From: Marsupella aquatica
Lineage: Eukaryota; Plantae; Marchantiophyta
Direction: 5' to 3'
DNA: 64,000 nt
NCBI GenBank assembly: GCA_973895155.1
Contig: OZ316895.1
Coordinates: forward strand, 22,394,558 to 22,458,557
Below the pieces are notes generated by a model. It saw only the letters and a list, made by a program, of their open reading frames with translations, searched no databases and had not been told where the DNA came from. Shown here piece by piece: positions 13,501-26,602 of the stretch; the stretch's first letter is position 1, and each line of letters starts with the position of its first letter. The position numbers were made by a program, and so were the translations under genes.

Positions 13501-16250
13501 GATGATGTTTAAACGGTCTGAAGTCTATTGGATCCCTACTGTCATGACACTTGACAATGAGTAATCACAGCTGAGTAGATTGTGGTGTTATTTTATGAGG
13601 TGCAATTCTGAAAAAACGTTTATTAAATGTGATATTACTTGCTAAGCGAACTAGCATAATTTGGTCTCCTGTTGTGTTTATAGTGTGGAACCTGACAAGT
13701 GTGGATAACGCTGCATGGTTGTGGTGCAGAAATAATACAATCTCAGACAGGGTGAAACAGGAGGTGTCTGCCACGATGCCACATTTTGGGCACGTGGGTG
13801 TTATTGAGGCAGCTCGAGAACTTGCACTGCAACTTGACAACTTACTAGAGGACGAAGCAATTTTAGAACTTGCTTCTGCCACCCAAACTCAGAGTGACAA
13901 CAAAAGTGGTACTTCATATAATGGTAAGGGCATTTCTGATGGCCGTCCTCAGGGTCCAGTGGGTCAGGGACAGCAAAATTTATTGTGCGTGCATCATGAG
14001 GGGATTTGAAACTAATATAATTTCGGAAACATGGAAGAGAGGAGAATGCAAACAACTAATAAGTCACGAACCTTAAAGAGGAGGATCACGTACGTTTCAA
14101 TGTGGACATTGCATTCCTTATATTTCAAATTGCTCCCTTTGAACTGCTAATGAGGGCAGAATTTTTGTAATCTGCAGGCTCTCGAGGGTTATTGTCGCCC
14201 GACAAGACGGGGTTGCTCTCATCCCTACTTGGACCTGGTGGTGAATTTGAAGGCTTCTCATTGAGATTGGTGGGCCATTCCCTTGGGGGGGCAATAGCTA
14301 CTCTTACGGGGATGAGGGTACGATTTCATGAATGTCCATTAAGATTGCAGTATGTAAAGTGATTGCCTCCTGTTGAATTTCTGCTGCATCTTCTCTCGAT
14401 TCGGGTCATAAACTTGTGGCACATGATCACTTGGAGAAGGGCATAGCTCCCACGTCATGCCCTTACGGTTTTCTTTGGTTACTTTCTTGGGCATAATGAC
14501 TTACTGACTGTTACGATGTGGGCTTGCAGCTTGCCGGTAGGTTTCCAAATCTACATGTGTATGCATTTGGAGTACTCCCCTGTGTAGATTTTGTCACAGC
14601 AGAGGCTTGCTCAACCTTCGTGACAAGGTACTCTAATTTCTTCCATGAGCTTCTGTCATTGTACACTGAAGCTACAATCTAGTGGGGATGATGAGCCCTT
14701 CTGCCTTCTAAACTAGTCCTGTGCAGAAACTGTCCTTCTGTTGCACTTGTAGATCGAGCCAGCTATGAAAACTTTCAGAACGAATTGTAACAAGATTTCA
14801 TTCTCTACAGCCAATCTGAATCGTGTGCCTTGGAATTTGGAAGTGACATCGTTTACAAAACATGATACGGAAGAGTGTTGTTTTTTCAAATTTGGATCCA
14901 TCTAAAAGCTATTAAATTCAGTTATAGAGGAAGGGCTGAGGGTAATGGACAGACCTGAATGTTGATGGCAAAGTATAATCCAAGCAGAAGCGCTAAAGAA
15001 GCGGAGACTTGTAACGTTTCTCAGGATGAGTTCCAGATATTATTTTCACTGACTGGGTCAATCTTGTTCCACAGTATTATATACAACGATGAGTTCTCAT
15101 CGCGTCTATCAGTCGCAGCAATTATGCGATTACGTGCAGCTGCACTTCGAGCACTTGCCATGGATACCAACACTGATGCAGCATTGGTCACAAAGCTCAC
15201 GCGACGTCTCTTCAAGTCAAAATCACAATCAGAAGCAGATATTGAAGCAGGAAATAGCAGTCAAGGTCCTCAACGGATACGACGTCGATATTCCAATGCT
15301 CTTAAAGGTGGAGCCTTCCTTTGTTCTCATGCATGCCGATGCCTGGTTCAAATGCCCAGGCACAGTTCTCACAAACAAACCAACATTGAGAGGGATTGCC
15401 AAGATGAGAGTGATACATGTGATGAGGTGTCCCATGAGGTTGCAGTTGCTGAAGCACCCAGAAATATGTTCGGTTCCATTGGGACAACGGGGGGTATATT
15501 TAATGAGCAAGTATCAAAAGACAAAGCTAGGTTTGGTGTGAGCTTGCCTGATGGAGAAGGGGTTGCCGTTGATGCAGGCGCAGAAATTAATGAGGAAGAA
15601 GAAGTAACTCTCATGAGTAGTGGGTCTGAGAGGGAAGGGCATGAACGAGAGACACATGAAGATAATCAGGTTTCTTTTGAGCTCTTAGACAACGGTATGC
15701 CAAAAGACATGGGCGAATTTCCCACCGGGACTGATCTCCAGCAGCTCTGGCCTGCAGAAATGTTCGTCCCCGGTTTGGTTACTCACCTTATTAGAACTGC
15801 AGGGGACAATAAGTGGTTTACCCTTCCAAAGTCATTAACATTTTCTAAAGATATGAAGGTCCAGGTAAGGCCTCGACACAGAGCAGTGTTGAAAGATCGT
15901 AAGCTTTTCAGAGACATCCTGGTGTCTCCCGCCATGTTCCTAGATCACATGCCTTGGAAGTAAGTAACCCCATCTTTGAGCAGATTCTTTCAAACGCTTC
16001 CCATACATATCTTGCTCTCCTCCCTCCGCCATGGACTATCTCTTACAGAAAATGCATGCAGACATTTGTGCACTGTCAGGTGTGCCCCTTTGTTAGGCAG
16101 TCGCACATTTCTCATACACTCATCCATTGTCTTGTGGAATGGCATTGTCTGTCCAGGTGCCAATATGCATTGAATGATGTTATGGGCCAATTGGGAGGTG
16201 TTAAACAAAGAAAAGAAAGCAGCCCTGTGGATACCGCAACAGAAGTTTAA
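10530..16250 (+). CDS. Lipase class 3 family protein (sn1-diacylglycerol-lipase-like) with N-terminal TM helices
   Basis: About 13 GT-AG coding exons (e.g. 10530-10826, 11140-11281, 11509-11728, 13332-13486, 14178-14317, 15075-15959, 16157-16250). VAVRGTETPEDLITD, GHVGV, nucleophile elbow VGHSLGG (about 14270-14290), NDEFSSRLS, FLDHMPW. 5'UTR intron with donor near 9469. Confidence 0.9.
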
Positions 16251-16961
16251 CTCTCGAAAGAGAACCGCCGTTTGCACGCGAAATGACCGCAGCAAAAGAT
16301 AGGTCCCCGCTGCCTGTGGATTGGAACAGGCAAGTACTTGTCGTTCACTTCACTGTGAACTGTCTTTCCAGTTTGTTGGGTCCGTGAAGTGAGCCTAACT
16401 TCATTTCCAAGATTTACGTTGTGTGCGAAATTGTCAGCTGAACAGTTTTTTGATCATGGAAGTATGAGGTCTGACATATGTAGAGTTGGCTCTGAGGTTT
16501 TTCAACCGCCTTAGTTGAACTCGGCCTGTCAACATACAAGACATCTCTTGCATGGTAAATCCATGGTACTTCCAGAATCTATTCCATTGAGAATCTGACA
16601 TGGGCCTGTTTGCAGAACCGGAATGCCGTAAGTTTGCAGTAATTGGATGCAGATTGCAATCACCAGTTAGAAGAAGCTTGAGGTATTTTAGAGTGAGGGG
16701 GCGCAGAGAAATTCATCTGGACTGGACGAAGCACTACTATTGAAGTCATTGTGGACAATAGCTTGTAAACGAGTGATGCTTCTTGACTCTATCCCAGACT
16801 GTTAAGCTCTACATTTGATTATTCTTCCAGTCTGATGTGCCGTTAGGGCTCCAGAGGCTGATTAGTCATTGCAGCTTAGCATGTGAGTCGTCCAGTGGCT
16901 ATAACCACATTTTGTGCAGTTTTAGATGAATGCATGGCTCTAAGCGTTCCATAGGCTTTGT

Positions 16962-17072
16962 CTACTACAGATGGCGCCAATAGCTGTCATTAGTAGATGG
17001 AAGAGCAATGTTTGTCTATTACAGATGGAAGAGGAATGTGTGTCTATTACAGATGGAAGAGCAATGTATTAC
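16962..17072. repeat. 28-bp minisatellite (ctattacagatggaagagcaatgt..) x3-4
   Basis: Repeated cagatggaagag(c/g)aatg units between two convergent genes. Confidence 0.8.
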
Positions 17073-17911
17073 ACAAGCCTGATGGCAGAATTGGGTACAG
17101 CAAAATGAACTGAATGTACTGAACGCCAGAATTATTACCATTCCTATTTCTGTCTGATGCTGAATGGGTGTATCATCAAAATAAGTAAGATATGAGACCC
17201 CTTGTGACGAGGAAGAAATGGCCGTCATTATAGCCACCAGATAGGACGGTTGTCTCCCGCACTCCAGATTACCTATCAATCACTTCTAAATGTCGGATTG
17301 TGCAAGCAATAAACGTGTCACCAAAGGTTCCCACCAGCCTTGCAATGAGCGTAATTTTAATTGAGCTCATACCATTTCCTCAAGTCATGGATGTCATGAG
17401 GTGCACAGGCAATCCCCTCACCAATTGTTGATTGGAAAAAATACTCAAATCGTAACAGACATCATTCAGAAAAAAAGTAATTTTAGAGGATGTTGTATGC
17501 TACCGGGATTGTGATTCTAACATGATAGAGAGTATATACCTTGCCAGAGTCATAGGAACCTTCCATGAAGTTCTGTAACATGGAAGCCACTGCTGTATCT
17601 GAAGAAAATGACTTACCGTTTGACCATAAACTCTCCAGTCCCAGGGGGCAACATCGACACCAATGAGGCCTGCCCAGATACTCAGGGTTTGTAGTTGCTG
17701 TATACATCCTGGATCGAAACGGCAAAATTTGTATTCTATTAGCGTTCTAAATTTGCTGACCGACCGTCCCTGGTCACATGGCAGCCCACCTCGTAGACTA
17801 CATGGCATGAACAAAAGTTGCCATAGTTGCAACTTCAAGTAAGCTCTACAACACTTCCAAGTGAAGTTGAAAAGGATTATCCACTGGTCATCTGTCCATG
17901 GCAATTCGTGA

Positions 17912-20437
17912 CTAGCCACCCTTCCGGCCTTCAGCAATCAAGTAGATCTCCCTCGATGTGGATCGTGTTGCTTTGGGACGAAACCAAGTCACGGATCTGA
18001 AGCACGGCTTGCACAACTGCAGAAACTCTGAAACACAATAACCATCTTAAGTCATCCATGTGTTCGTACAGGTACTCTCCAAATGGACTGGAATGTAACT
18101 AAAAAATGAGCACCAGAAAGTTTTTGTCTCCTTCAGGATGCTCACTGTCCATAAGCCATCGGCTCATTGCTATCGATAAGCGATGCAGGAGTAAGGGACA
18201 AATCACAGAGGAAAATATTAAGAGATTGTTTTGAGCTGCCTGGTAGTAAACCTGTTCTTGCGTAGGACAATCCAATTAATTAAGTACAATAGACGGTTGG
18301 GTTCTAACTTCTTCAAACCCGCTAGAGGCAACATGAGATCGCTGTAAGTTCTGACCCAACGGGAAGCTTGGTGTTGACTTACCAGAGCTATCTACTCCTT
18401 CAAGAACTTTGATAACTAAGTTCCCACCAGCCAGAAGTAACCCTTTCCCGGTTTGTAAATCGGAATTGGGGCCACCTTGCACTTTCTCTTTGACATCAGA
18501 AGACAGTGCCAGACTCAGGGTGTGCATGCCAAGTTCTGCAGACAGTATTGCATCTCTGGAGCTGATGCCTGATACTGATGGGCACATGTCTGACAAGATC
18601 AAAGCAAATCCCTTCCCCTGCAAGAGAGGCTTCAAATTGTAAGATTCATGAATCGAGAGAGTAGACAACTGCCATTGCTTCTCTCTAACTGATGAAATAG
18701 TTCAGACATGCAACCGTATTTCCGTGAAACGCTTTTAAAATATTGCACTGAATACTTACAGAGGGGGACAATCTTGCTAATCCAAGAGGACAGATTTTCA
18801 TGACATCTGAACAAAGTGTCTGCACTCGGTTGTCACAATAATGTGTCGGTACTTTCACCTTCTGCCCTGCAAGACATTCGACTAAGATTAACCCCAGCAC
18901 ACTACCACATTTCGTGGATAAGGAGGTGCTAAAACTATTTCCTCATTTCCCACCAGCGCCGAAACCTGTCTCAACCGAAAAACAGGTGACGCTCCAACTT
19001 CTCATCCAGCAATTCTGGTATCCGTGCAATCACTCCGATTTCATAAATCTAAGCTTTGATGAGAAAACATTCACTTTTCAGCGTCATTGAACATGTTTTC
19101 CGTCTAGACCCTTTACATGGTTAATATTTTCGAAATGAGGACATTGCTGGTATTCAGGTACCTTCAAGTCCACCCCAATGACAGCTCCTCCCTTTTCAGT
19201 GGGCCCCAAGTTCTGGCAAGCTACCTGCAACAAGGATCCACAGAGTGAGCACGTGGTTACTACAGAAACGAATGGCCTGCTCCCCTTACTGACCGAAAAT
19301 TATACACCAGTCATCTCCAGCTTTTTGACAATGAAGACATTTCATTACAAGAGATACGTCAGAGGTGGAGAAAGGCCTTAGTGGGAAATCCGATGGAAGC
19401 ACTATGGCAAAAGGATATCCATTAAACACGGCCTCCAATATACCAGCACTGGATGGAGAGACTGAGAGTTTCCCTCTAACTGGGGTTTAGAGTCAAACAT
19501 GTACGCGATGTGTGCTTGACGACAAAGTGGTTCACCACTCATGCCAGAATTTTGCAGGTAGTCTGTCGGGCCTATTAAGATTAAAATTTATGGTTAAGGG
19601 TTCGCGCCTGGGCTCAGTCATTTTTCCTTGGGCATCATCACGTGAATTTCGAGTGGCATCGTCATAATAATGCGTAAACTCTTCCCACTCGAGAGGGTCA
19701 CAGCTTCTCCTTCCAATGAGGTGCCTCAATTTACAGTTTCCGTGTACAACTTGAGGTACTTTTGAATAATCCTCAACTGTATTCCCTGATCACTTTTCGG
19801 TTACCAATATCTGACAACCTACCTATTCCCGTCACAATCTATTTAGTGGCAAACAAAGAGCAATCCTCACAGACAAAAAAATGAACATTCACCTGAAGCC
19901 ACGCACCAGGCGCGCAGCCAAGGTCGAGGACTGCCGCGCCGTGTCGGATGATACGGTGCTTTTTTTGAATCTCTAGCAGCTGCCACCAGACAGCCCACCA
20001 TCAACGTCACACCGGATCATTGAACTTACCTTGCGATAGTATTTCTCGGAGAATTAATTACAGCTAAATTTCAGCCTCCAAAAGGCCATTGTTCGAACCT
20101 CTCAATTTGGAGATGAGTAAAAATGATGTCAATCTCTCGGTTCACTTTAATACCCCCTACCAGCTGGCATATCCTCAATAGGAGGGAGATCAAATGAACC
20201 GGAAATCTAATCCCAAAGCTTAAAACATTGCCTAAACCCTAAACCCTAAACTTCCACTCCCTTCACGTTGAACGCATTTAACAATCAACAACCACAGACG
20301 AAAGTTCCAAACGTACAGAAAGTTCTATCGTGCCAGACATCACCCACGTGAAGATACAGTACCTTGAATGCAGAGCGGGCTACGTAGTTGAGGCGCTTCG
20401 CCTCACGGAAAAAGAAATCTGGAGCACCCATACTCAT
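17912..20437 (-). CDS. RlmE/RrmJ/FtsJ-family rRNA 2'-O-methyltransferase
   Basis: Exons 20437-20363, 19979-19893, 19224-19162, 18861-18760, 18617-18383, 18027-17912. [12 protein letters not shown] motif [21 protein letters not shown] and RSTSREIY give the K-D-K-E tetrad. Confidence 0.93.
20231..20251. promoter_or_regulatory. Telo-box / (AAACCCT)n repeat in intron 1 of the methyltransferase
   Basis: cctaaaccctaaaccctaaac; telo-boxes are typical of plant ribosome-biogenesis genes. Confidence 0.55.
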
Positions 20438-20565
20438 TGTGGGTGCCGTCTCTGTCCCTCGGTAGGTCTGCCCCTCACCACTCTCGCCTGGCGCCAACTA
20501 CAACACTGGACTTGTGACGACGGATCGCCTCCGCCGAATTACGAGACTCTGATTATAACACCTAC

Positions 20566-20590
20566 AATTCAATTCAATTCAATTCAATTC
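20566..20590. repeat. (AATTC)5 microsatellite
   Basis: aattcaattcaattcaattcaattc, directly visible. Confidence 0.9.
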
Positions 20591-20804
20591 AGCAAGAGGA
20601 ATCGCCATGGGTGGCAGCCCATCGACACCGAAATCTGTGCTGTTCCCATGCCGGGGCAATGCAAGGCAACGCTCGTCGTGGGCAGGAACGGAACCGAGGA
20701 TCCCGTCAGAAACACCCGCAATCACAACAACCATCAAGCATTTGATCTATTCTGTTTTTTGACACCAAAACCTCAGATGAATGTTGAAGATGTTGATGAG
20801 TTGA

Positions 20805-21680
20805 CGATCACCTGTCAAACAAGTTCCCCTGGCGAATCGCCCCAGAATCTTTGGAAGTAATCTAGGCCGTTGGATCATCTGGAGGTGGCCCTCGACGTAT
20901 ATCCCTTGCCAGCTCTACTGCTTCGGATTAACTCAGGCTGAGTTCGAACCGGTCCTTGGTCTCCGACCTCGCTCCGGGGTCCGGTCAGCTTCCGCTCTTG
21001 TTGAACAATTGTCACCGGTCTGAGCAGTTGCCAGCACATTGTGACCGTCAATCGCCGGTGCTCTCCCCCAAGCGACCTTTGTCATCATCAGAGTTTTTGT
21101 GCTCGATGCACAGGAGAACACTCTCGTAGACGCGCTCTGTATTCGGTACCGATGTTCTGCTAAATGCTCTCAATCGAGACAGCTTCATGTTGAATGTTGC
21201 GTGTTGTGCGTAGTCGTGCAGCTTTTGGTGGTCGCGCAGAAGGAATTGGTGGTCGGGCTCATCAAGTTGCCGTCGAGATAGAGGCAGATCCGTGGAGAAA
21301 AGAGTTTCTGTGGTGGTGCTGCTGGGCCAGCACAGCGACCGTCTTTGACGATGGTAAGTTCTCTGGCTCGTGTTTTGTGTTCATGGCATTGTGCAAATGT
21401 GATCGGCTTCCGGGTGAAGAAGTGATAAAGATTTTTCAAGACTTGAAGATTCACGCAATGAAGAAGCGGCCGATCTGGGAGGAAATTTTCGAGTTTCCGG
21501 CGCGAGGAAAAGACATGATCATGTCCTTAAACACTTCGCGTAAATCTGATGCAATGAACGTACTAAGTGAGTTTCGTTCATAAGTTTATTACGTTCATTG
21601 TAGCAGATTAGTACCGTTCAAAAGTTTAGTACGTTCACACAATGAACGTATTTAGAAGGCCTAGCCGAGTAGGACCTAAG
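20805..21680 (+). promoter_or_regulatory. Copy A of the duplicated promoter/5'UTR/ATG-exon/intron module (drives ARPC3; divergent from the methyltransferase)
   Basis: Colinear, high identity to 29817-30400 from cgatcacctg through ATG|GTAAGTT..gatcggcttccgg; also gaacgta..aggcctagccgagtagga at 21645-21674, matching 31786-31815. Confidence 0.9.
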
Positions 21681-23085
21681 TGCTAAGAGATTGTTAGCGG
21701 CTGAATGGTATGCCTGCTGTTGTGCCGACAAGGTGTATCATTCAATTTTCAAGGACGAGGGACAGCACGAACAGGCCTGTGGGTGTCCGCTGCTCCCAAT
21801 TCGAAGTCATATCAAGGGTCCTGCACCTGCACTTGCTGCCGATACTGGTAAGTCTCTCATGCTTCAAGCACCAGTTGTAATCCTCCGCGGTCAGTGACCT
21901 GGATTGGAACTTTGAGAACCATCGTTCAGTTCATGAGTCTATTAATTTCAGATATCACTAAATAACTCTTGTTCTGTCGTCCTGCAATCTCTCTGGTGCA
22001 TACTGGTTAAAATCACGTTATAGATACAACCATCTATAATTCTCATCTTGACCATTTCTTTGTGATAAAGTAGTTCTTCATTATCAATTCTGGGAACGAA
22101 TTTTCACCTGAGTTGTGGGCCTTGCTCATGGGTACAGAAAGCGTTGATATCATCGATGAGGCAATCAATTACTTCAGGGCTAACGTCCTCTTCAGGAAAT
22201 TTGAGGTGAAGAGCGCAGCCGATAAGCTACTGATCTACTTGACTCTGTACATAAACATGGCTTTGAAACGAATGGAGGGTTGTAAAACTGAGGCTGACGG
22301 AATTAAAGCAATTATCAGCCTCGGACTCGAAAAATTTCCTATTCCCGGAGAAGCAGGGTTTCCCCTTGGAGGCCTACTGACACCACCTAAGTCAAGAGTA
22401 GAAGCAGGTGAGAAGACCTGGGTGCTTTCAATCACATGGAAAATAGAAACGTTGACAATGTGTCCCATGTACTGTATCATGAAATTCAGGGTTTATGTAA
22501 GTATCATTTATACACATATAAGTGCATACTGCTAGCTTTCAAATCAACACTTTAAAATCATTACATGTGCTGCGCCTCTTCTAAGTTGGGTTGTCAAGAC
22601 TGTTAGTTGTTTCTAACACAGAACCTGAGACAAGGGGATACTGGTTAAGAGTTTCAGTAGATTGTGTCTGTAGGGTGCTGGTCGTTATAGCCCCATGGAA
22701 CGTTATTACCTGCCAAGAGAAACTAAGTTGTCACGCAAAATGTTGAGGGCAGGTTGATTGCTGTTGTAGATTTGCAGCTGTGGTGTTCGAGTAGTGTGAA
22801 TTAGTCTAGTTAGTCAGGAGTTGGAGGAAAAAGTTTGTGCGTTGTCCGTGCTTCCTAAATGACTTCCAGTTTTGAAGGTTTTTAAATGTGCTGTACTGAG
22901 CTTTATCGGTTTTTGCTGTAAACTGTTAATGTTGTGCAGAGTTGTTCCGGAGCTACTTGAAGCAAGCTAGGGAGGAAACAAGTGGGAGGCTTATAGAACG
23001 TGTTTATAAACCAAATGGACGGCCTAACAAATGGTGGCTTGCATTCGCAAAGAGGAAGTTTATGAACATTATGTTGCCTCTTTAA
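21351..23085 (+). CDS. ARPC3: Arp2/3 complex subunit 3 (p21-Arc)
   Basis: Exons: ATG only 21351-21353, 21733-21847, 22138-22407, 22940-23085. Protein M-VYHS..ACGCPLLPIRSHIKGPAP..DIIDEAINYFRANVLFRKFEVKSAADKLLIYLT..FPIPGEAGFPL..PNKWWLAFAKRKFMN. Confidence 0.96.
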
Positions 23086-23431
23086 GAAAACATGCCATTC
23101 CAAGCTTCGTATGCGATGACGTGACTACAAAGAAGAGCATACTGTGGTCCATCTTGGAAGAGAGAAGCCAAGTGCTAGCCTCGCGTGATGGTCTTAGAAG
23201 GTTCATATTTTATCGGAGATGTGTTCTAGCAGAAAAGTTTTGAGCTTCAGGATTGTGTCTTCGTAACACTACAGTAGTCTATGATGAGATTATTTGTATC
23301 GAAATGGAATTACCCGTGCCGCACATGTTCGTGGAAACGATGATAATTGGCGAGCAACGTATGAAGAAAAGTATTGATTCACTCAGCATCCAAAGCCAAG
23401 AAAGCAAACTCCTGAGCCTGTCCATTTGTCT

Positions 23432-23615
23432 AAGCTAGGTGGCCAGAAGGCTAGGAGGGCTGGTAGACTTGGATTGCCCAAGGTCAATGCCCTGCACAAC
23501 ATTGTAGGCTCTGTGCTTGGGAATCAGGGCCTGTGATTTTCTCTCTCACGGGCCTTATGCCTCACTGGCAGGTGAGAGAAGAAACTGAATTGTATGTCAC
23601 CCATGAAAAATAAAA
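23432..23615 (+). mobile_element. Possible decayed tRNA-derived SINE
   Basis: A-box-like TGGCCAGAAGG, weak B-box-like ggtcaatgccc, ends in an A-rich tail (gaaaaataaaa). No clear TSD. Confidence 0.25.
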
Positions 23616-26205
23616 CAATGGAGTCTCCTTCATTGCATGTCCGAAAAGTGGCATCCCCGTTTCATCAAATAAGCCAAGAAAGCCTTGCTTTGTTAACTTT
23701 TGTAATCAGTTTTGAATTGATTCTACTTTCCTGATGACATAGGAACCATAGTCGAGAGATTTGTCTGTAGCAGAGGAAAGGAGAAGTTTATCTGTACAGT
23801 AATTTAAGGCAGCAGGCAAAATCCTGTCAATTCAAGTCCCCGATTGTTTCGTAAGACAGCTAGTACTACGTTTGACTATTCCTAGTCCTAATATTTCAAT
23901 TCATCTGCGCAAAAATGCCTCCAGCCATCTACGACACATTTCCAATGAAGGAGTCTCCAACAGGAGGCCCACAGGACCATTGCCACTTCCTGGCCCCAGA
24001 CAAAGACATAAATTCTTACCATTATTTCATGATTGATTGGTTCAGGTTTCAAAATAAGAAGGAACACACAAGACGCTTGGTTACCAGTTTTATCCTTAAA
24101 CTACTTACAAGTAACAGTTTCTAATAGTTACTTGGAAGATGACCTCTCACTGAACACTTCATAGTCCCCAGCCCAACCTCTGTCTATGCCCCTAGGGTCT
24201 ACAACTTGTACATCCATGTTTCTTCCTTGCCTGTGGACGAAATTAGTTAATAGTCAGCATAGGTGAACATTGACTTGAATCACAACCTATGCAAATCGAA
24301 CCTTTTCTATAGGCAGCTCCACTTCCATTTCAGCCCACCTATGCCCCATTTCTACTTGGACAGTGTAACCAGCATGCAATTTATTTAAGGCTTGCACTGG
24401 CCCAGGAGTGAATCCCATCACCCAAATCTGTCCTACTGTTGCCCAGCAGTATAAAATGTTCCATACCTTTGCACCCCGAGTCTCCCAACATATATTCACA
24501 ATAATCTGGAGTGTTGACAATCAGATCCCTGGAATTAGAATCCAACCAAAAATTCTGGAGAATGGTACACACCCAGGTATTCTGGATCAATGAAAATAAA
24601 CAGTCCATTATAGTCAACCACCATGGACAAATTCATGCTGGACATTTTTTCTCTCTTGAAAATACTCCTGTGTTGAGGGTTCTCAAAGAATAGGCCCTTA
24701 GGCTAGTAAAGTATGACAATCAATGAAACGCAAGAGAGGGACGTCAACAAAGGAAGGGAGGCCTAGAAGTTGAAATTTGGGCACCACTCTAGAGGGGGGA
24801 ACTGATTACATCGTAGCAGGTGAACCCACCAAGCCATTGTGAGGCACAAGGTATGAACTATCAAAACCATTGACTAAAAAGGACGGGGAGGGAGGTCAAA
24901 AAGGAAGAGGGGCCTGGGAAGTCAAACTTGGGTCATGAAAGGCAGAAATTGACCACATCTAAAAGGAGAAACACATAATAACACATGGAGCAAGTAAGCA
25001 AGTGTGAGGCACAAGGTATGAGGTATTACAACCAATCAGGAGCAAGATGTGAAGTATGACGTATTATTAGAGCCAACGGAGGTTAGGGTTGAGAGCCTGT
25101 GAGGTGCCATAGTCCTTGTATTCCTTTCCTTTTGGGACTGTCGTCCTTCCGGAAGGTCTATTGAGTCCCTTCCTTTATCCGCTTTCCAAGCCATATAAAA
25201 GAGCTTTGAGGGGGATTGCCGTGAGACATTGAGAGTGCACCAAAGCTTAATATTATTATTATCTTGTGTTCAACATTTCCCACTGTAGCGAATTTCGTCA
25301 CCAGATCAACTCACGTAGAGTTCAAACCCATCTCGGTGGTCACCTATAGTAAGGTACTTTGTCATGCCGAGGGACAGTGCCGCTTGTGCACATCGGCACG
25401 TCCCTCGCATGCCCGCTAGGTATGGTTAGGGCTAGTGTACTACTTGAGTTAGTGTCATGTTCTTGTAGCAAGTCTGGGCCGTTCTTGAAGCAAAGGTGTT
25501 TGTTAGTGTGGCGCCTGGACCCGGTCCTACTTAGGGCATGTTTTTCTTTGCCATTTTTCAGTTCTTCTTGAATCGCTGTTGACAGAGCTCAGACAGTGCT
25601 CGTCGGTTCCGTACACGGGATTCACACAGTGATTCGTTAGATGCTCCCGACCGATCTTGGCATCTCGCCGGTTTTTGATTCGATTTCAGTACGCTTGTTT
25701 CTCTTACGCCTTTTATTCAAGAAGAACTGTCGAGTTAGCGGTGAGGAGAAGAAGATTGCTCGTGGCGATTTCGACAATTTCTGGTGAAGCCGGTGCAATT
25801 TCTATGGAAAAACGCTGAGCGATGGGTGGAAGTTATGACTTTAAGTGTATACACTTAAGTATACACTTAAGTCAAACAAGCCCCCCCTCCCTCGTTTCCT
25901 TCGCGGTTTTTTGCCCAGGCTTTTCTTTTCCGGCCGCAACCTGTTTCGCGACTTGCTGTTATCGATTGCCGCATCTACGCTGACTGCTGCATCCACGCTG
26001 ACTGCACAGGGCGCACCCGCGCTCGCATTTTTAACGACCTCTTTGGGGCCCTTTTTCATTTACCGGCCATGACTGCCTCGGCCACCGCGCGCCCCTTTTC
26101 TTTCGCCCTTTTTTTTGCCTTGCCAAGCCTCGAAGTTCCTCCCTCCGTTTGTTTTCCTGCCTTTATCTCGCAGGTTGTGCATACAGGGCATCGTGTCTCC
26201 CACTG

Positions 26206-26602
26206 CCAGCATTTAATTAAGGAGAGGAGGGGGAGCAAGTACAAGCCGAGAGTCGAGAGGAGAAGGCACGGAGGCCTATGAAGCATTAAAGCAAGGGGAA
26301 GGGGGGAGCCAAGGCTGGAACGCAAGGAGAGGAGGGGGACTGGCAGGAGCGAGTGTGCCAGGAGAGGGCACGAGGCCCTATGAAGCATTGAGGGGAGGGG
26401 GAAGCGAAAGGAGGGCACGAGGCCCTATGAAGAATTAAAGGGGGGAGGGGGAGTTCACGTCGACTCCCCTTGGGAGTCCTGCCAGGCACGAGGCCCCATA
26501 GCACATTTAAGAGGGGAGGGGGAGTCGTAGCCCCACCTCTTTGGGAGTTCATACGGAGAGGGGGCGCAAAGCCCTATGCAGGGCTCGAGCCCATTAAAGG
26601 AG
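26206..26602 (+). repeat. Array of 5-6 G-rich units (gcacgaggccctatgaagcattaaaggggaggggg)
   Basis: Units near 26267, 26368, 26415, 26486 and 26564, plus a partial at 26206. Confidence 0.85.

Noticed and set aside
20330-20860. 176-aa plus-strand ORF
   Set aside because: Antisense to the methyltransferase exon 1/UTR and runs through a microsatellite; no recognisable domain.
20933-21281. Paralogous small ORFs here and at 29919-30254
   Set aside because: They reflect the non-coding promoter/UTR duplication; starts are non-ATG and frames are not preserved between the copies.
25310-25345. tRNA gene suggested by GTTC(A/G)AACCC (also at 29798)
   Set aside because: No A box, D arm or anticodon arm upstream; only a 3'-like motif.
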